From the NCBI GenBank assembly GCA_051294375.1, contig CM119266.1, positions 2,196,306 through 2,260,305 of the forward strand: DNA of 64,000 nt. Reading direction: 5' to 3'. Positions 62,733 to 64,000 of this stretch are shown piece by piece. A program made the position numbers and the translations under genes. Below the pieces are notes generated by a model. That model worked only from the letters and a program-made list of their open reading frames with translations, was not told the origin of the DNA and searched no databases. The stretch's first letter is position 1; each line of letters begins with the position of its first letter. This DNA comes from Paraspadella gotoi (taxonomy: Eukaryota > Animalia > Chaetognatha).

Positions 62733-63228
62733 GTGGTTACTTAAACGCAACTCTCTTGCCTTTTCTCCCCTCCCCCTTTCGGTTTTGTTATAAAATGTCC
62801 TCTCGTTAATTGTACGATGCGAGACGAATGTTACTTACATTTTTTTATTATAGTAAAATATGATTCGAATTAAAGCCTCTCTCTGAAACGCTTGTAAGCG
62901 CTTTTACTCTCCTAGAAGCCTACAGCCACTCTGCATTTGCGCCCAAGAGTGCGAAAACGGTCTCAACCCATTCCTTACCCGAACCACCCTCGCGATCCGG
63001 CGTCTCGACCCTAAGGGGGCGGCGAGGACAAGAACTTACTTTATTTTCTGTAGCCCAGCCCTTTTCCATGTGCCTTTACCATGCTTCAAATGAACTGCTG
63101 GCCCCCCTCTCGCCTCGTAAGGCCTTCACCGACCCCGATGGAACCTCCTCGTAATTGAAAACGACGCCCTGAGGTCGGCCGGAGCGGAGACCGAGCCGGG
63201 CCGGAGCCGGGTCGGCCCGGGGTCCAAC
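56491..63228 (+). repeat. direct second copy of 48090-54476 with dense 1-nt indels (probable false duplication from an uncorrected long read)
   Basis: Collinear over ~6.4 kb from cgggag..gattcgg..aaaaatcttctatggcg to gtcggcccggg(g)tcca; differences are dominated by insertions and deletions. Confidence 0.9.
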
Positions 63229-63658
63229 TAAATCCACCCACAGAGGACTACAATTCAATCAAAGGCCGTTATGGGAGAAGGCGGGAGGTAGCGAGGAGAC
63301 GACGACGACGATGACGACACGACGACGAGTGTTTTAAAGTTAAAATGTAATGCAGCAGATGTATGCCAACAATGTATGTGTTAAAATCGCGTTGATTGTA
63401 GAAAGAGAAAGCAGAGAAGGCAAAAAAATAAACATAAAACAATAGAAAAAATCGAAATAGTTATTGACGAAAGCAAAAATAGAAAGTATTGTATAACGTT
63501 TAAATGAAATATTCTGTGTACTGACTATTATTTTCATTAACGTCTGGTAAGTAAATTCCTATTTGTGCAGCTGAGAAAACAGGGCGACGCGCGGTCTCTT
63601 TTGAGGCAAGAGCTGTAAAATCAACGATTGACTTCCAGACTCTGACCTGGAAAGGAGA

Positions 63659-63712
<54 letters not shown>

Positions 63713-64000
63713 GAAGAAGAGGAGAGAGAGAGAGAGTTTATTTTTGGGGAGAATCGAAAATAAAGCGCGGACTTGACTCGGCGCAACTCTGCTAATGTTC
63801 TGCCTAATCACGTCGAGTCTTTGAGGCGGGGCCGATCCGGGTACGGGTGTCCTTTTTTTTTCCCCCCCCAAAAGTGGGAGAAGGGGTGTGGGAGGTGGAG
63901 AGAGAGGGGTGGAGGTGTTGGGAAATGGGAGAGAAAGTCGTGGGAGGGAGTGTGGGGAAAAATAAAAGGGAAGAAGGAGGAAGCCGATATCTGGTCTGAA
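63229..64000 (-). repeat. inverted copy of ~54553-55317
   Basis: aaatccacccacagaggactacaattcaatcaaagg is the near-exact reverse complement of 55279-55317; collinear to ctggtctgaa (reverse complement of 54553-54562). Confidence 0.9.

Overview
Eukaryotic, probably invertebrate metazoan, draft-assembly DNA: AT-rich introns, GT-AG splicing, many (AG)n/(GAC)n microsatellites, N-gaps and stretches with uncorrected long-read-type indels. Reading the minus strand by hand gave five main results. (1) A 5.9-kb LTR-bounded element (4061-9968; ~365-bp LTRs, 5-bp TSD, PPT) carries co-oriented unknown ORFs but no recognisable gag/pol. (2) A tandem array of five spliced paralogues (10467-21800) encodes signal peptide + two copies of an 8-Cys domain I cannot assign to a known family; four end in a Ser/Gly/Pro stalk plus hydrophobic GPI/TM-like tail and one is truncated and probably soluble. 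The ORF track shows them only as fragments. (3) A divergent single-ORF 788-aa disordered/coiled-coil gene has a TQT motif. (4) A >=13-exon unknown gene (44104-50000) has a coiled coil, Cys clusters and NPF/NPY motifs. (5) Penelope-like remnants carry minimal hammerhead ribozyme cores. Also present are a Helentron-HINE-like element, a tRNA-like SINE head and minisatellites. The block 48090-55320 recurs at 56491-64000 with dense indels and a partial inversion, most likely an assembly artefact. All gene models are manual predictions without transcript or database support.
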